Shown here: positions 42,750 through 56,932 of the stretch, piece after piece
Layout of the letters: every line of letters starts with the position of its first letter
How positions within the stretch are numbered: position 1 is the first letter of the stretch
NCBI GenBank assembly: GCA_964016885.1
Contig: OZ024760.1
Location: 4,340,001-4,404,000, forward strand
Source of the DNA: Eledone cirrhosa
Lineage: Eukaryota
Length of the DNA stretch: 64,000 nucleotides
Direction: 5' to 3'
Position numbers and translations under genes: made by a program
The notes under the pieces: model-generated
Seen by the model: the letters and a program-made list of their open reading frames with translations, nothing else
Told to the model about the DNA's origin: nothing
Database searches by the model: none

Positions 42750-44130
42750 AAACCAGCTATCCTTTCCAACAAACCAGCTAACCAAACAACCATCCAACTA
42801 TCCATCAACCAACTGGCCAACTAGCAAGCCAATCAACCTTTTAACCATCCAACCATCTAACCAACCAAATATCCAGCCTTCTAGCCCTCCAACGATCCAA
42901 CTAACCAACCAACCAGTGATCTAACCATCAAACCTCCTAACCAGCCAACCAGCCAGTGATCTAGCCATCAAACCTTTGAAGTAACCTTCTAACTAGTCAA
43001 CCAGCCAGTATACTAACCAGCCAACCAATTATCTAGCCATCGAACCTTCTAAATAACCAACTAACTAGCCAACAGCCAACCAACCAACCAGCCATCAAAC
43101 CAACTATCTAGCCAACATCCAAACATCTAACCAACCAATCAACCAACCAACCAACTAACTAGCCAACCAGCCAACCAACCAGCCAATCAACCAACTAACC
43201 AGCCAACCAACAAGCCAACCAACCAACTAGCCAATCAGCCAACTAGCGAACCAGCAAACAAGCAAACAACCAATCAACTAATCAGCCAACTGTTCAACCA
43301 GTCAACCAGCCAACAAACTAGCAAATCCACCAACAAACCAACCAGTTAGCCAACCAACCATCCAACCAACCAGCCAGCCAACCAACCATCCAACCAACCA
43401 TCCAACCAAATAACCAACCAAACAACCAACCAACCATCCAACCAACCATCCAACCAACCAGCCAGCCAACCAACCATCCAACCAACCAACCAACCAACCA
43501 TCTAACCAACCAACCAGCCAACCAACCAACCAGCCAGCCAACCAACCATCCAACCAAATAACCAACCAGCCAACCAACCAACCAACCATCCAACCAACCA
43601 ACCAACCAACCAGCCAACCAACCAACCATCCAACCAACCAGCCAGCCAACCAACCATCCAACCAAATAACCAACCAGCCAACCAACCAACCAACCAACCA
43701 TCCAACCAACCAACCAGCCAACCATCCAACCAGCTAACCAACCAACCATCCAACCAACCAGCCAGCCAACTAACCAACCATCCAACCAACCAGCCTGCCA
43801 ACTAACCAACCATCCAACCAACCAGCCAGCCAACCATCCAACCAGCTAACCAACCAACCATCCAACCAACCAGCCAGCCAACTAACCAACCATCCAACCA
43901 ACCAGCCAACCAACCATCCAACCAAATAACCAACCAGCCAACCAACCAACCAGCTAACCAACCAACCATCCAACCAGCTAACCAACCAACCATCCAACCA
44001 ACCAGCCAGCCAACTAACCAACCATCCAACCAACCAGCCAGCCAACCAACCAACCATCCAACCAACCAGCCAGCCAATTAACCAACCATCCAACAACCAT
44101 CCAGCCAACCAACCAACCATCCAACCATCC
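42750..44130. repeat. (CCAA/CCAG/CCAT)n compound tetranucleotide satellite
   Basis: Directly visible. Confidence 0.92.
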
Positions 44131-44562
44131 AGGACACATCACGGTTACATCAGTATTGCAGATGTTTCTAGAACAACTAGCTCCCTAATAATATCCTATC
44201 GATTCCTTCTACCACTGACAGATGGTGGGGAGGGAGCGGAAGGCGTGTGGGGAGGCTATTTTCAACATCTTGCTCTTGTCAACGTCCTACCACTACCCTC
44301 CTTCTCCATCTCCTGCCTGCCTGTCTGTCCGTATGTCTGTCTGTCTGTGTGTCAGGGTTTTCATCACTGACACACATTCACGTGAATTAAATTGCTTGCG
44401 TTGCGTGCAATAAGGTAATATATGTCGTTGTGTGAGTGCATGTGGGTCGTGTGTGTTTATGTGTGTGTGGGTCGTGCCGTGTGTGTATGTGAATGTATTC
44501 ACACACACACATATATATATATATATAGAGAGAGAGAGCAAGAAAGAAATATATATGTATAT

Positions 44563-44698
<136 letters not shown>

Positions 44699-44929
44699 AT
44701 CAGGGTGTCCCAAAAAAAATGTACTCACACTTCAACAGCATTCTTATTATAAAAGTGTGTGTACATTTTGGGGGGACACCCTGTATATATGTATATATAT
44801 GTGTGTGTGTATACAACCGATGTATAAAAGAAGAGATGTTCCCTATATATATATATAATATATATATAGGGCGGTGCCCCAGCATGGCCTCAGCCGGATG
44901 GCTGAAACAGGTAAAAGAATAAAGTAAAA

Positions 44930-44992
<63 letters not shown>

Positions 44993-45047
44993 TATATGTG
45001 GAACAGCTCTCCTTTTATACATCGGTTGTATTACAACCCCACATATA

Positions 45048-45089
<42 letters not shown>

Positions 45090-45202
45090 AAAAAAGTCAG
45101 GACCCCGACGGCTGAGCTCCGGCCGTTTCGCCAGCTAGATACACACACATATGTATGGGCGTGTATCTGTGTGTGTGCGCGTTAGATAGATAGATAGATA
45201 GA

Positions 45203-45283
45203 TATATTTCTTTATTAGCCACAGGGGCACAAAAGAAGGGGACAAATACAAAGGGGGAAGTTTACATACAATAAAAACGTGTA

Positions 45284-45284
<1 letters not shown>
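45203..45284 (-). mobile_element. Tx1 extreme 3' end fragment, duplicate of 51150-51232
   Basis: Same sequence apart from one G-run length; (GATA)n on both sides. Confidence 0.8.
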
Positions 45285-45325
<41 letters not shown>

Positions 45326-45558
45326 TTCTTTATTAGCCACAAGGGCGCAACAAGAAAGAGGACAATACAAAGACATGCCGGGGATTTTACATACAGTCGT
45401 GTAAAAAATATAAAAACAAACAATTTCAACAATCGAAATCCCCAATAGGGGGGAGGCGCCACAAATGGGTTGTTTAATACCCCGTCGATAGAATAACCCT
45501 CAACTCAAGGAGCGTGTTGTGCAAGTGCTCCTTTCTTCCTTTTGCTCTCTTCCTCAAC

Positions 45559-48500
45559 CTACAGGCTTATAAACAGAGAAGGCCCAATCACTCGGGCCAT
45601 TTTCGCTTCATTCACCCACCTTTCAGTAAATTTACTGGGGTGCAGTGCCTCTCTCTCCACCCTGATTCTCCTTCTAAAGTGATACTTAAAGAATGGAATC
45701 AATTGTTGTCCGGAGAGAAAGGCATCTGTCCTCAGTCCTCTCAACCTCGTCCACCATATAACTTCTTTCACCATAGCCACCGTACAGAGGAAAACCGCCT
45801 CTCTTTCGTTTTTGAAAGAGTCTGGCGGTTTGATCCTTACTATGGACTCGGCAGTCAACTGTATTTGTCCCATACGCGACAGCAGTTGTTCTGCATAGTT
45901 CCACAGGTCGCTTACGCTCGGGCAGTGTACAATTGCGTGCAGAACTGTTTCAATGTCCTGCGCACATCTTGGACACGTCCTCTTGGAAGGATCCCTGCCA
46001 GGGCGTCCGTGCCTGTAGATCTTGTCACGAACCGGTAGAGCTCCTCGGTAGCACTGCCAGGCCAGGGACCTCTGGAAGTTGTCCATAGGTCCCGGGCGGA
46101 AAGTCCTACCAAACATACTGGTGAGCTCATCGTCTTCGACGCCCAGAGTCTCTCCGAGCACGTCGTCGCCCTTGTAACGTACAATCCCTCTATAGAATGT
46201 CGAAGTGGAGTCTCCACTGATTGCTGCGCCCGCTTGCCAGAGGACTGTGAGCGCCTGAGCGCATTCAATGTGCCAGGCGCCCATCGTTTTCGGTCTTTTC
46301 TTCACCCAGGACTGCAGCTCCGTTAGCGAGACGAGCTGTGGGAAAGCCTGTCTCACAAACGGTGCCCACACCGGTTGGGGGTCGGTGAGGAATACCTGGA
46401 GATGCCGCAGCCTCAGCGCATGTTTGCGCATCATCAGCCACGGCATTCCCAGCCCTCCGTTGGAAGGGTGCTGACAGCAGACGGATCTCCTCACCAGCGG
46501 AGCCTGCTTCTTCCACAGAAACTGGAAGAGCATGCGTTCCATCTTGGCGAGGTGTTCACGGGGACAAGGCACGACAGTCAAGCGGTAGTAGATGACGGAC
46601 GCTATGAAAGTGTTCGCCACCTCCGCTCGACCTTTCAAGGACAGTTTGCACTCTGCCCACTTCTGAGTGAGTGCAAACACCTTGGCCGTGACCTCGTTCC
46701 AGTTTTTCTCCACCTGGAGGTCTGGACCGAACCAGACCCCGAGCAATTTCACCGGTCCGTCCGTCCAGCGTCCAACGACGCTGTCGGATGTCATCGGTTT
46801 GCCTCTCCATGTACCGAGTTGCAAACCGACAGACTTGTCTGGGTTTAGTTTTGCTCCCGTCAGCGTTTCGTATTCTTTCAGTATGTTGCCGATCACCCCG
46901 ATTTCCGAGGTGCTCGACACCATTACTGTCACGTCGTCGGCATAAGCCGACGCCGCTTTGCGCAGTCCCGGTTCTAGGGGGATGCCCTGCAACAGCTCCA
47001 ATTTCCGCAGTAGTGGCTCTAGAGTCAATACATACAGAATGGAGGAGAGAAGGCATCCCTGTCGAATGGAACGCGTGATTGCGAACGGCTCCGATAGGTA
47101 GCCGTTCACCTTGACCCTCGAGCAGATGCTGGTGTGCATCGCCTCGATCCATCCTCTGAACACGGGACCGAAACCGGCCGCCTTGAGAACCGCTTCCAAG
47201 TATCAATGGTCGACCCTATCGAATGCCTTAGACTGATCCAAGTTTATCAGAGCCCCACCGAAGCCGGGTTTACTACCCACCCTCTCTATGATGTATCGCA
47301 TGAGGTGGAGGTTGTCGTGTATGGACCTGGTCGGGATTGCACACGTTTGCGCTTTCCCTACCAGGTTCTCGACGACAAGCGCCAACCTCGTCGCTAGCAC
47401 CTTGGCCAAAATCTTTAACTCTGTGTTGAGCAGAGTTATGGGCCTGAAGTTGTTAATTTCGTCCCCCTTGTTCTCGTCTTTCCTGATCAGCGTTACTACG
47501 CCCTTGCCTGCAGAACTGGGAATTCTCCCGTTCTGCTGCCAATTGCAGTAGACGGCTTCGAGGACGCCAGAGAACAAGTCCGGCATGCCTATGTAAAATT
47601 CGTAGGGTAGACCATCTAGACCGGGTGACTTGCGTTTCCCGCAGCGGCCCAGAGCGTCCCGTATCTCAGTGTCCGTGATCGGTCTTTCGCAGAACTCGGC
47701 GTCCGTGTTCGAGAGACGCGGCAGGCCGTCGAGGTATGAACTAAAGTCCATTGCCCCGTTCGGCTCACCGTCTTTCTGCTCAAACAGTCGCGCAAAGTGC
47801 CGCTGAAAGGCCGCGCACATTTGCTTGGGGTCAAGTAACACGCGTCCGTTTTGGTCTTTCAAAGACCGAATCGTGGACTTGTTGCCACTTTTTGCCTCCG
47901 CCACTCGGGCCCAGCTGACAGCTTTCGCTCCTTCGTTTCCTAGAGCACGTGTTTTGCTTCTGACCACGCAGCCTTCGTGTTTCGCATCGAAGAACTGGTC
48001 CAGTGCCGTTCTCGACGCTAACACTCTAGCCGCGTTGCCACTTCTAAGTGCCTCCTCTACCTTGGCTACTAGTTCTCTTTCTATTCTGTTTTTCTCTAAG
48101 GCTAACTCTCTGCTATACCCTATCGATTCTATTCTAATTGCTTTCTTGAGAGAGTACCACCATCTATTGTTGCCGATGGCTCCCGTTAACTGTTGCTTGA
48201 CTAGTTTACTTATCCGTTCACTGTAAGCTTTACGTGCCGGCAACGACACGTTCAGCTTCCAGTATCCGGGTCCCTGTCTATGTATTCTATCACGGTTGAC
48301 TAAGCAGACGACTAACTTGTGATCTGAATAGGCAACCATGTGCATTTGTGGACAGCTTAACATATCCTTGTCCCTTTCTCTAATGAAGAACCTATCTAAA
48401 TACGATCTAGATGTCCCACTGCGGTTTACCCACGTCCACTGTGGTGCAGTCGGGAAATCCAGTCGATACCTATCGGCCAGTTGGAATTGGCCGATTAAAG

Positions 48501-49005
48501 TTTTGAGGCTGTTGCACCCCGCTCTACTGGGACATGCTCCCACATAGTCCCATCGTGCATCTAGGATACCATTCCAGTCCCCCACTAAAAGTAAGGAGCG
48601 AGACGTTCCCAGAAAAGACTCTAGACGCTTAAAGAAGTCTGGCCGTGATTGCGATTGCCCGGTCGGGGCATAAACGGCCACCAGTCTGAAGGCTCCACCT
48701 CCGATACTGTTCACGTCTAGGACTACCAGTCTACCCTCCGGGTCCAAGTGTACTTGCTGTACTCCGACGTCCAGGTTCTTCCGAAACATAACAGCCACTC
48801 CACCTCCACCTCCTGGCTGACAGAGAGATGCGTAGATCTCAAAGTCGTCGAAGATGGGGGTTAGTTGCTGCCTGTTGTGGATTCTGGACTCGGTGATGGC
48901 TATCACATCCATACTGTGTGACCTAAGGTCGTTTAAAAGTTGGCCCTGTTTCTAGGGCATCCCTAGGCCACGCACATTCACGGTTCCAACTCGTAAACCA
49001 GCCAT
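45559..49005 (-). pseudogene. Copy B ORF2 (APE + RT)
   Basis: MAGLRVGTVNVRG start, premature TAG ~48953, break at ~47203; GDWN, SDH, YADD. Confidence 0.9.
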
Positions 49006-49046
49006 GTTGGTGAAGAAAAGTTGGAGAAAAAGGACGAAAGGTGCAC

Positions 49047-50924
49047 TTACCTTTTCGTTTCCTGGAGATCGGGTTGTTCAATCTCCATTTGGGTGCTGGA
49101 TGGGGTGTTGGGTGGGGTGGGGAAACCTTTCAACAGGACGCGGTTGATGGGTTTGTGGCAGGGGTTGCCCACGTCCTGTGAAAATTTAATTTTCAGGTCT
49201 TTATAGGTTTCCATAGAAACCCTTATAAGTTTAAGGTGTGGAGACGATTCTGCCTTGACGAAAGTTTTGCCCTCCGTCTCCACCTTGGGGTTTTGGGAGA
49301 TGACCTCCATCAAACTCTTGTTGTTTGTGTTGATGTATGCGTATTGTTGTTTGTGTTTTTGTTGTATTGTTTTAGTTTGTTGTTCATCTGGGAGTTTTCT
49401 TTTTATGGTGGGTGCTTGTGTTTGGGGTGGTGTTGGTGCTGGTTTTGCTGATAGGGAGGTGTTTGACTGTGGTGTTGTTTGTGTTGTTGTTTGTGTCTGT
49501 GGTTGTGTGTTGGTGTTGGTGATTGGAGTTTTGGGGGTTTTGTGGTGTCTCTTTTTTTGTTTTTTGGATTTCCGCGGTTCTCCCTCTTCTTCACTTAAAG
49601 AAGGAGAAGCAGCTTCATCCGTCGATGAATAATCATCGTCAGGTGTGTGGGGTAAGGGTATGTTGTGTGGTGGTGGTGGTGTTTCGGTATGTGTGTTTGT
49701 GGTAGTGTTTGATGGAGTGGGATGGAGTGGGGATGTGTTCTTCAGGGGTGTTGTCTCTGTTTTTTCTGTTGTTGTTGGTTGAGTGTCTGTTTGTTTTGGT
49801 GTGGTTGCTCATTTCGTCTGTCGTTGTACTTGTGGTGGTGGTGGTGGTTGTTTTGGTGTTGGTGTTGGTAATAGCGTTTTTTTTATGATGTTGCTGTTGT
49901 GTGTTTGTGGACAAGAGGCTTTTAGGTGAGATGTGCTACCACAGCGAAAGCAGTGAAATTTTCTTCCTTCTACCGAAATGTTTATTTTGTTGTTATTATC
50001 AATAACGACTCTTTCGGGTATTTTGGAGATTCTCTCCGGTTTCATTTGCAACAGAATCTCCAAATCGGTGCCCGCCCACCTTTGTCGAATGGATTTTCGT
50101 ATCGAAAGTATTATGTCTGTTTCTGGCTCTACGAAGCCAGCCAAGATCCACCAGATGTTAATGCTTGGAGGTATGTTTTTTATTTTTATTTTTTGTGTCC
50201 TTTTCCCCATGTATGTAGGGAAAAAGGTGTATGCTTTTGACACTATTGGTGTCACAGAGTTTTTTGGGGCCAGTGTCTCGCTTTTAAACAGTACGGAAAC
50301 GCTTCCGTACTGTTTTCCTCGCTGGAGAAAATCGACATTTGCTAGAATCTCCTTGAAAGAATCTTCTATATCTGACTGATTAACAAATGTCGGTTTTCTT
50401 GACGAATTTGACACAGTCCTAAAAGTGACTGATCGGCGGTTTGTGTCTTCCTTTATTTCAAGGGGTGAGTTAATTCTAAACCCACCTCTTTCTTCGAAAG
50501 TTACAAATTTTCTCCCTTGCTGGAGCATATCTCTTGCGTTGGAGATATCAAGATTTATAAAATCTTGTTTCTTGTTGACTGTGTCAGCAAAAGACATTTT
50601 CTTTTTTTGTGTGATGTTGTTGTTGATAATGATGTTATCGTTGTTGGAAATTTTATGTGTAGATGTATCTGTAGAGTTGTTGATGTCTTTTTCATGTGTA
50701 TGTATGTCAATGGGTTTTTTTGCCGTGTTTTCCCGTGTGTTATTGTCATTTTTCTCCGCTTCGGCGGTAGAAATTGTAACATTTTCAAATGTTGATATAT
50801 TTTTTTCTTTTGTGACAGTATCTATGGCAACGTCCATAGCAGCAGAAGCAGATATAACGTTAATATCTGCCTCTTCCTCTCTCTTTTCACTATTAACGTT
50901 CTCCAGCGTTCTAGTGTTGCTCAA
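49047..50924 (-). pseudogene. Copy B ORF1 (CCHC zinc knuckle)
   Basis: CFRCGSTSHLKASC; C-terminal part in 49047-49313 homologous to copies A and C. Confidence 0.8.
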
Positions 50925-51149
50925 GTTTTTTTTACTTTGTAAAATTTGATATTTTAAGACAAACTTTCAAATAAAATTTTCGCCCCAACCGGGGCGAAAA
51001 ATGGGATTACCACCCAGCTGACAATTCAGCTTGGGGGTTAATCTACAAAGTGTTGTATTTTTTTCAAACAATTAGATCGGTTTTTTGCATAGAAATTAAC
51101 AAAAAACTTACCGGCGATATTCCACACGTTAGACAGAAAGAGAGATAGA

Positions 51150-51527
51150 TATATTTCTTTATTAGCCACAGGGGCACAAAAGAAGGGGACAAATACAAAG
51201 GGGGGAAGTTTACATACAATAAAAACGTGTAAAATGTTATCACAGATGGAATTTAAAAGTTAGTCGATTTTCCCCAATAGAGGGAGACAGTTTATATGGG
51301 TAACACAGACCCCCGAAAAAAATGTGCAACCCTCATCTCCAGGAGTACGAAGAGCTTGTACTCCTTTCCTCTCCTCCTCCTTTTCCTCAACCTACAGGCT
51401 GATATAGAGAGAAGGCCCATTCACTCGGGCCATTCTCGCCACTTTCACCCACCTTTCATAAAACTTGCTGGGGTACAGCACCTCTCTCTCCATCCTGATT
51501 CTTCTTCCAAAGTGGTATTTGAAAAAA
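51150..51527 (-). mobile_element. 5'-truncated Tx1 fragment (ORF2 end + 3' UTR)
   Basis: FFKYHFGRRIRMEREVL..FYERWVKVARMARVNGPSLYISL*. Confidence 0.85.
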
Positions 51528-51789
51528 AGAGAGAGATAGATAGATAGATAGATAGATAAATTTCTATTTATTTGCCACGAGGGCACAAAAGAAGGGGACA
51601 AATACACAGTGGGGGAGTTTACATAAATCGAGTAAAGAAAAAGGAATAACAATAATAATATAATAATAAAAAGTCCTCAAAAGGGTGGGGGCGTGTTCGG
51701 GATTGCACATACCCCCGAAAAGTGTGCAACCCTTTTCGCAGGGGAAGCCCAGAGAGGAGGCGCTCCCCCTTTCCTCTTCACTTCTTCAC

Positions 51790-54700
51790 CTACAGAATAA
51801 TGTAGAGAGAAGGCCCATTTACACGAGCCATTCTCGCTTCTTTCACCCACCTTTCATAAAACTGTCTGGGGCCAAGCACTTCTCTCTCCATCCTGATCCT
51901 TCTTCCGAAGTGGTATCGGAAGAAGTAAACCAGGTGATGGCCGGAGAGAAAGTCACCCGACCTCAGACCTTTCAGGCGCGTCCACCACACAACCTCTTTC
52001 ATCATGGCTATTACGCACAGAAAGACCGCTTCTGCTTCGTTTCTGAAGGGAGGAGGCGGCTTGATGTTCACCACAGACTCGGCGGTTAATCGAATCGGCG
52101 CTACACGCGACAGCAGTCGTTCGACGTAGCCCCACAGATCGGCAACGCCCGGGCAGTGTACCAGTGCATGCGCAACGGTTTCCTCGTCGCGCACGCATCT
52201 GGGACAGATCTTTTTCGCTGGATCCCTGCCCGGGCGCCCGTGTCTGTAGAGCTTTTCTCGAACGGGCAGAGCCCCCCGGTAACACTGCCAGGCTAGGGAC
52301 CTCTGGAAGTTGTCCATGGGTCCCGGGCCGAAAGTTCTACCGAACAGGCTGACCAGTTCGTCCTCCTCCATGCCTAGCGACTCTCCAAGGGTGTCGTCGC
52401 CCCTGCTAGCCACCAGCCCTCTATAGAATGTCGAGGTGGATTCTCCACTGACAGTCGGGTCCGCTTGCCAGATAGCCGCGAGCGCCTGGGCACACTCGGT
52501 GTGCCAGTTGCCCAGTTTTCTCGGTCTTTGTTTCACCCAGGATTGCAGCTCGGTGAGCGAGACGAGCTGTGGGAAGGCTCGCCTCACAAACGGGGCCCAC
52601 ACCGGCTGACCGGTGAGGAATACCTGTAGATGCCGTAGCCTCAATGCGTGCCTACGCATCAACAGCCACGGCATACCCAGCCCTCCTTTCGAAGGGTGCT
52701 GGCAGCAGATGGATCTCCTCACCATGGGAGGCCGCTTCTTCCAGAGGAACTGGAAGAGCATGCGTTCCATGATGGTGATCTTTTCCTTGGGGCAAGGCAC
52801 GACGGTCAGGCGGTAGCAGATGACGGACGCTATGTAAGCGTTCGTCACCTCCGCCCGATAGTTTGCACTTGGCCCACTTCTGGGTCAGCGCAAACACCCT
52901 GCTCGTCACCTCGCCCCAATTCTTCTCCACCTGGAGGTCCGGTCCGAACCAGACCCCGAGCAGCTTCACCGGGCCCTCCGTCCACCGCCCGACGACACCG
53001 TCTAACGGCATCGGTTTGCCCCTCCACGTTCCGAGTTGCAAACCGACTGACTTGTCCCGGTTCAGCCTAGCCCCCGTCAGCCTTTCGTATTCCTCCAGTA
53101 GGGTGGCGATCGCCCCGATTTCCGAGGCGTCCGCCACCATTACTGTTACGTCGTCGGCATAGGCCGAGACCGCTTTGTGCAATCCCGGTTCCAGGGGTAT
53201 GCCCCGCAGCAACTCCAACTTCCGCAGCAGTGGCTCGAGAGTCAATACGTACAGAAGGGAGGAGAGGGGACCCCCTGTCTGATGGACCGGGTGATTTGAA
53301 ACGGCTCCGAGAGGTAGCCGTTTACTTTAATCCTAGAGTAGATGTTGCCACTGTGCATGGCAGAAATCCAGCCCCTGAAAACGGGTCCGAAGCCCGCCGC
53401 CGCTAGCACCGCTTCCAGGTAACCATGGTCGACCCTATCGAACGCCTTAGATTGATCCAAGTTGATCAGGGCCCCACCAAAGCCGGGTTCGTTGCCAACC
53501 CTCTCTATGATGTATCGCATGAGGTGGAGGTTGTCGTGAATGGACCTGGACGGGATAGCGCATGTCTGCGCGTCTCCCACTAAACCACCCACCACAAGCG
53601 CCAACCTCTTCGCCAACACCTTGGCCAAAATCTGTAACTCTGCATTCAGCAGAGTTATGGGCCTAAAGTTACTTAAGTCGTCCCCCTTGCTCTCGTCCTT
53701 CCTCACTAGCGTGACCACGCCCTTGGTCACAGAACAGGGAATTCTCCCGTTCTGTTGCCAGTTGCAATAGACAGCCTCGAGGAGTTCGGAGAACAAGACC
53801 GGCATAGCTAAATAAAGTTCGTATGGTAGACCATCGAGACCCGGAGATTTGCGTCTGCTGCATTGGCTGAGAGCTTCCCCGATTTCAGTGGCTGTGATTG
53901 GCCTTTCGCAGCACTCCGCTTCGCCGCTCGAAAGACGCGGTAGACCGTCGAGGTATGGACCGAAGTCCACATCCCCGTCCGGCCCCCCGCCCCCTCCGAA
54001 CAGTCGAGCAAAGTGCCTTTGAAAGGCCTCGCACATCCGCTCAGGTTCAAGGATCACCCGTCCATCCTGGTCTCGCAAAGACCGAATGGTGGATTTAATG
54101 CCACTCTTGGCTTCTGTCACGCGGGCCCAGCTAACAGCTTTGGTCCCCTCGTTTCCTAAAGCACGTATTTTACTTCGGACAACGCAGCCTTCGTGCTTCG
54201 CGTCAAAGAACTGGCTCAACGCCGTTCTAGCCGCTAACACTCTGGCTACGTCTCCGCTCCTAATCGCCTCTTCTAGTTTATCTGTTAACTCCCTTTCCTT
54301 CCTATTTCTATTCGCCGCTAGTTCCTTACTGTAACCTATCGAACTTACTCTAATCTCTCTCTTTAGAGATACCCACCACCTACTGTTGACAATCGCTCCC
54401 GTCAACCGCATCTTAACTAAGCTACTAATCCGGTTCCTGTAATCTTTCTTTGCCGGCAAGGACAAGTTCATCTTCCAGTAACCGGGACCCTGTCTATGCG
54501 TTCTATCAAGGTTGACCACGCAGGTCACTAATTTGTGATCTGAATAGCCAACCATGATCAATTCTGGACAACTAAATACGTCCCTATCCTTACTCCTAAC
54601 CAAAAACCTATCTAGGTACAATCTAGATTGTCCACTGCGGTTTGCCCAGGTCCAGGTTGGCGCAGTTGGACAATCTAGTCGAAATCTATCGACCAGGTCG

Positions 54701-55222
54701 AATCGATCGAGTAACCCCTTGAGGCTGCTACACCCCCCTCTATCGGGACATGCCCCTGCATAGTCCCAACGCGCATCTAGGATTCCATTCCAGTCCCCCA
54801 CTAAAAGCAGGGAACGCGACGTTCCTAGAAAAGTCTCCAGACGCTGGAAGAAGTCGGCTCTTTCAGCCCCGAAGGGGGCATAAAGACCGACCAGTCTGAA
54901 AGCCCCGCCTTCACCGCCTCCGACGTCCAGCACCAGTATTCGACCCCCCGGGTCCGAGTGAACAATCTGTACGTCGAGAGCCAGACGTTTATCCAGCAGT
55001 ACGGCAACTCCCCCCCCCCCCCCCGCCTCCGGGTTGACAGAGAGATGCGTGCATCTCAAAGTCATCGAAGGCGGGAGCCAGCTGTCGCACGCTGCTGATC
55101 CGACTCTCGCAAACAACCATCACATCTATACTTCGTGACCTGAGGTCACTTAGTAGCTTTGCTTGCTTCCAAGCTGAGCCCAGGCCACGCGCGTTCAAAC
55201 AGCCAACTCTTAATTGATCTAT
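51790..55222 (-). pseudogene. Copy C ORF2 (APE + RT)
   Basis: (I)DQLRVGCLNARG, with ATA where copy A has ATG; frameshifts ~55020, ~53270, ~52855. Confidence 0.9.
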
Positions 55223-56932
55223 TTTGGTGTTGAAAGTGAAGAAAGAAAAGCACTTACCTCTCCGGGTTGTGTAATTTCCATGGCGTCAGGTGTGTTGGGT
55301 GGAGGGATGTTTTGTGGTGGTGTGGGGGTGCCCGAGTGTGGTTGGGTTGGGGTGTTTGGAGTTGTGTCGGGGTGAGGGGAGGTTATGGGGAAATCTTTCA
55401 AGAGGACGCGATTTAACGGTTTTAAACAGGGGGGGCTCACGTCCTGTCTAAATTGTTCTTTTAAGGAACGATAAAGGTCCAGAGGGACCTTTATCATTTT
55501 TAAATGGGTGAAGTTCTCTGTTGAGATAAAGTTTGGCCCTTCGGTCTGCACCAAAGGGCTATTGTTTATTAATTTAAACAGTTTTTTGTTTTCTTTATTT
55601 ATATATGTGTATTGCAATGTCTTTTTTTGTGATGCTGTCAATGTTTCGGAGAGGGGAGGCGCAGATTTATTTTTGTTTGTTGAGGGTGGGGTGTTTTTTA
55701 TTGGAGTTGGTGTTTGTGTGTGGGTTATTTGTGGTGTGCTGGGTGTGTGCTTTCTTTTTTTTCTTTTAACTTGTCTGAAGGCTTCTCCTCCTTCTTCTTC
55801 AGAAGTTGGGGGAAACTCTTCAGCGCTAGGTGGGAGGGACGTCGTGTCTGGTTTTTTTTTTTGCGGGAGGGGTAGATTTGTTGCTGTTTTTTTTATTATT
55901 TGTTTGGAATGCATTTTGTGGTGGTGGTGGTGCTGTTTGTGTCGTGCTTGTGGTTGGTAATGGTGGTGATGGTGTTTGTGTTGGTGATGGTGGTGGTGAT
56001 TTTTGTGTCGAGCTTGTGTTTGCTGCTGGTGGTGGTGATGTGCTTGGTGGTGTTTGTATTTTGTTTGCTGTGTGTGGTATTAGTGTATTTTTGGAGGTGG
56101 GTGGTGTTGGTGTACTGTTTGTGGTGGGTGTGGGCAATAGTCCTTTTTGGGGGACACGTTTCGGGCAGTTAGCCTTAATGTGTCCCCTTTCCATGCATAA
56201 ATAGCATGCTGGTCTTCTCCCCTCTACAATTATATCTATTGGGGTGAGCTCATCCAGCCAGATGCGATCCGGCATTTGTGCTATTCTTTCGGGCCTCATT
56301 TGGACTAGTAGGTCGAGGCCCATTCCCAGAAACGCATCTTCGGATGCCTTCCCCATTGACAGCACTGTGTCCTCGCCCATGTCTATGAAGCCAGCAATAG
56401 CCCACCAGAAGTCCATTGTGGGCAGCATTGTTTGTATTTTTACTCTCTGTGTTCTTCTACCCATGTAGGAGGGATAGAAGCTGTATGTTGTCGATGAGAG
56501 TGGGCTTATGGAAAGCTTCTCCGCCGTTTCCTTGTCTTTTGTTAAGACCGAAATGCTGCCATAGAGTCGGTCCTTTCGTATGAAGAGAATATTCTTCATA
56601 TAGTCTTTTAGGACCAACTCTATCTCCATTTGGCTGGGCTGTGCTGGCTTTCTTGTTTCGTTTAGGATTGTTCTGAAGAGAACTGTGTTCTCTGTTCTCG
56701 CTTTCTTGAATTCTGGGGGGGGGGGGGAGTTAATGGAAAACATTCCATTTTCCCCCAAAACAATGTGTTTCTTTGCTTCGGCCAGTTTTTCTCTGGCGGC
56801 CGTTAGGTCAATTGGTGTGTATGTAATGGATTGTTTTGTTTTCTGGGCGAAAGTTGCCCTGTCGTTATTTGTATTATTTTCTGTTTGTTTGTTTTCCGTT
56901 TGCTCATTTTCCTTAACATTTGTTTTTTTCAT
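55219..56932 (-). pseudogene. Copy C ORF1 (CCHC zinc knuckle)
   Basis: CYLCMERGHIKANC; frameshift into 55219-55914. Confidence 0.8.

Larger units (their letters stand above)
45324..51143 (-). mobile_element. Full-length Tx1-type retrotransposon, copy B, with stops and frameshifts
   Basis: ORF1 + ORF2; AATAAA-GAAAT then (CTAT)n at the 3' end. Confidence 0.92.

Noticed and set aside
43302-44120. LVGW-repeat ORFs
   Set aside because: Translation of a (TTGG)n-type satellite
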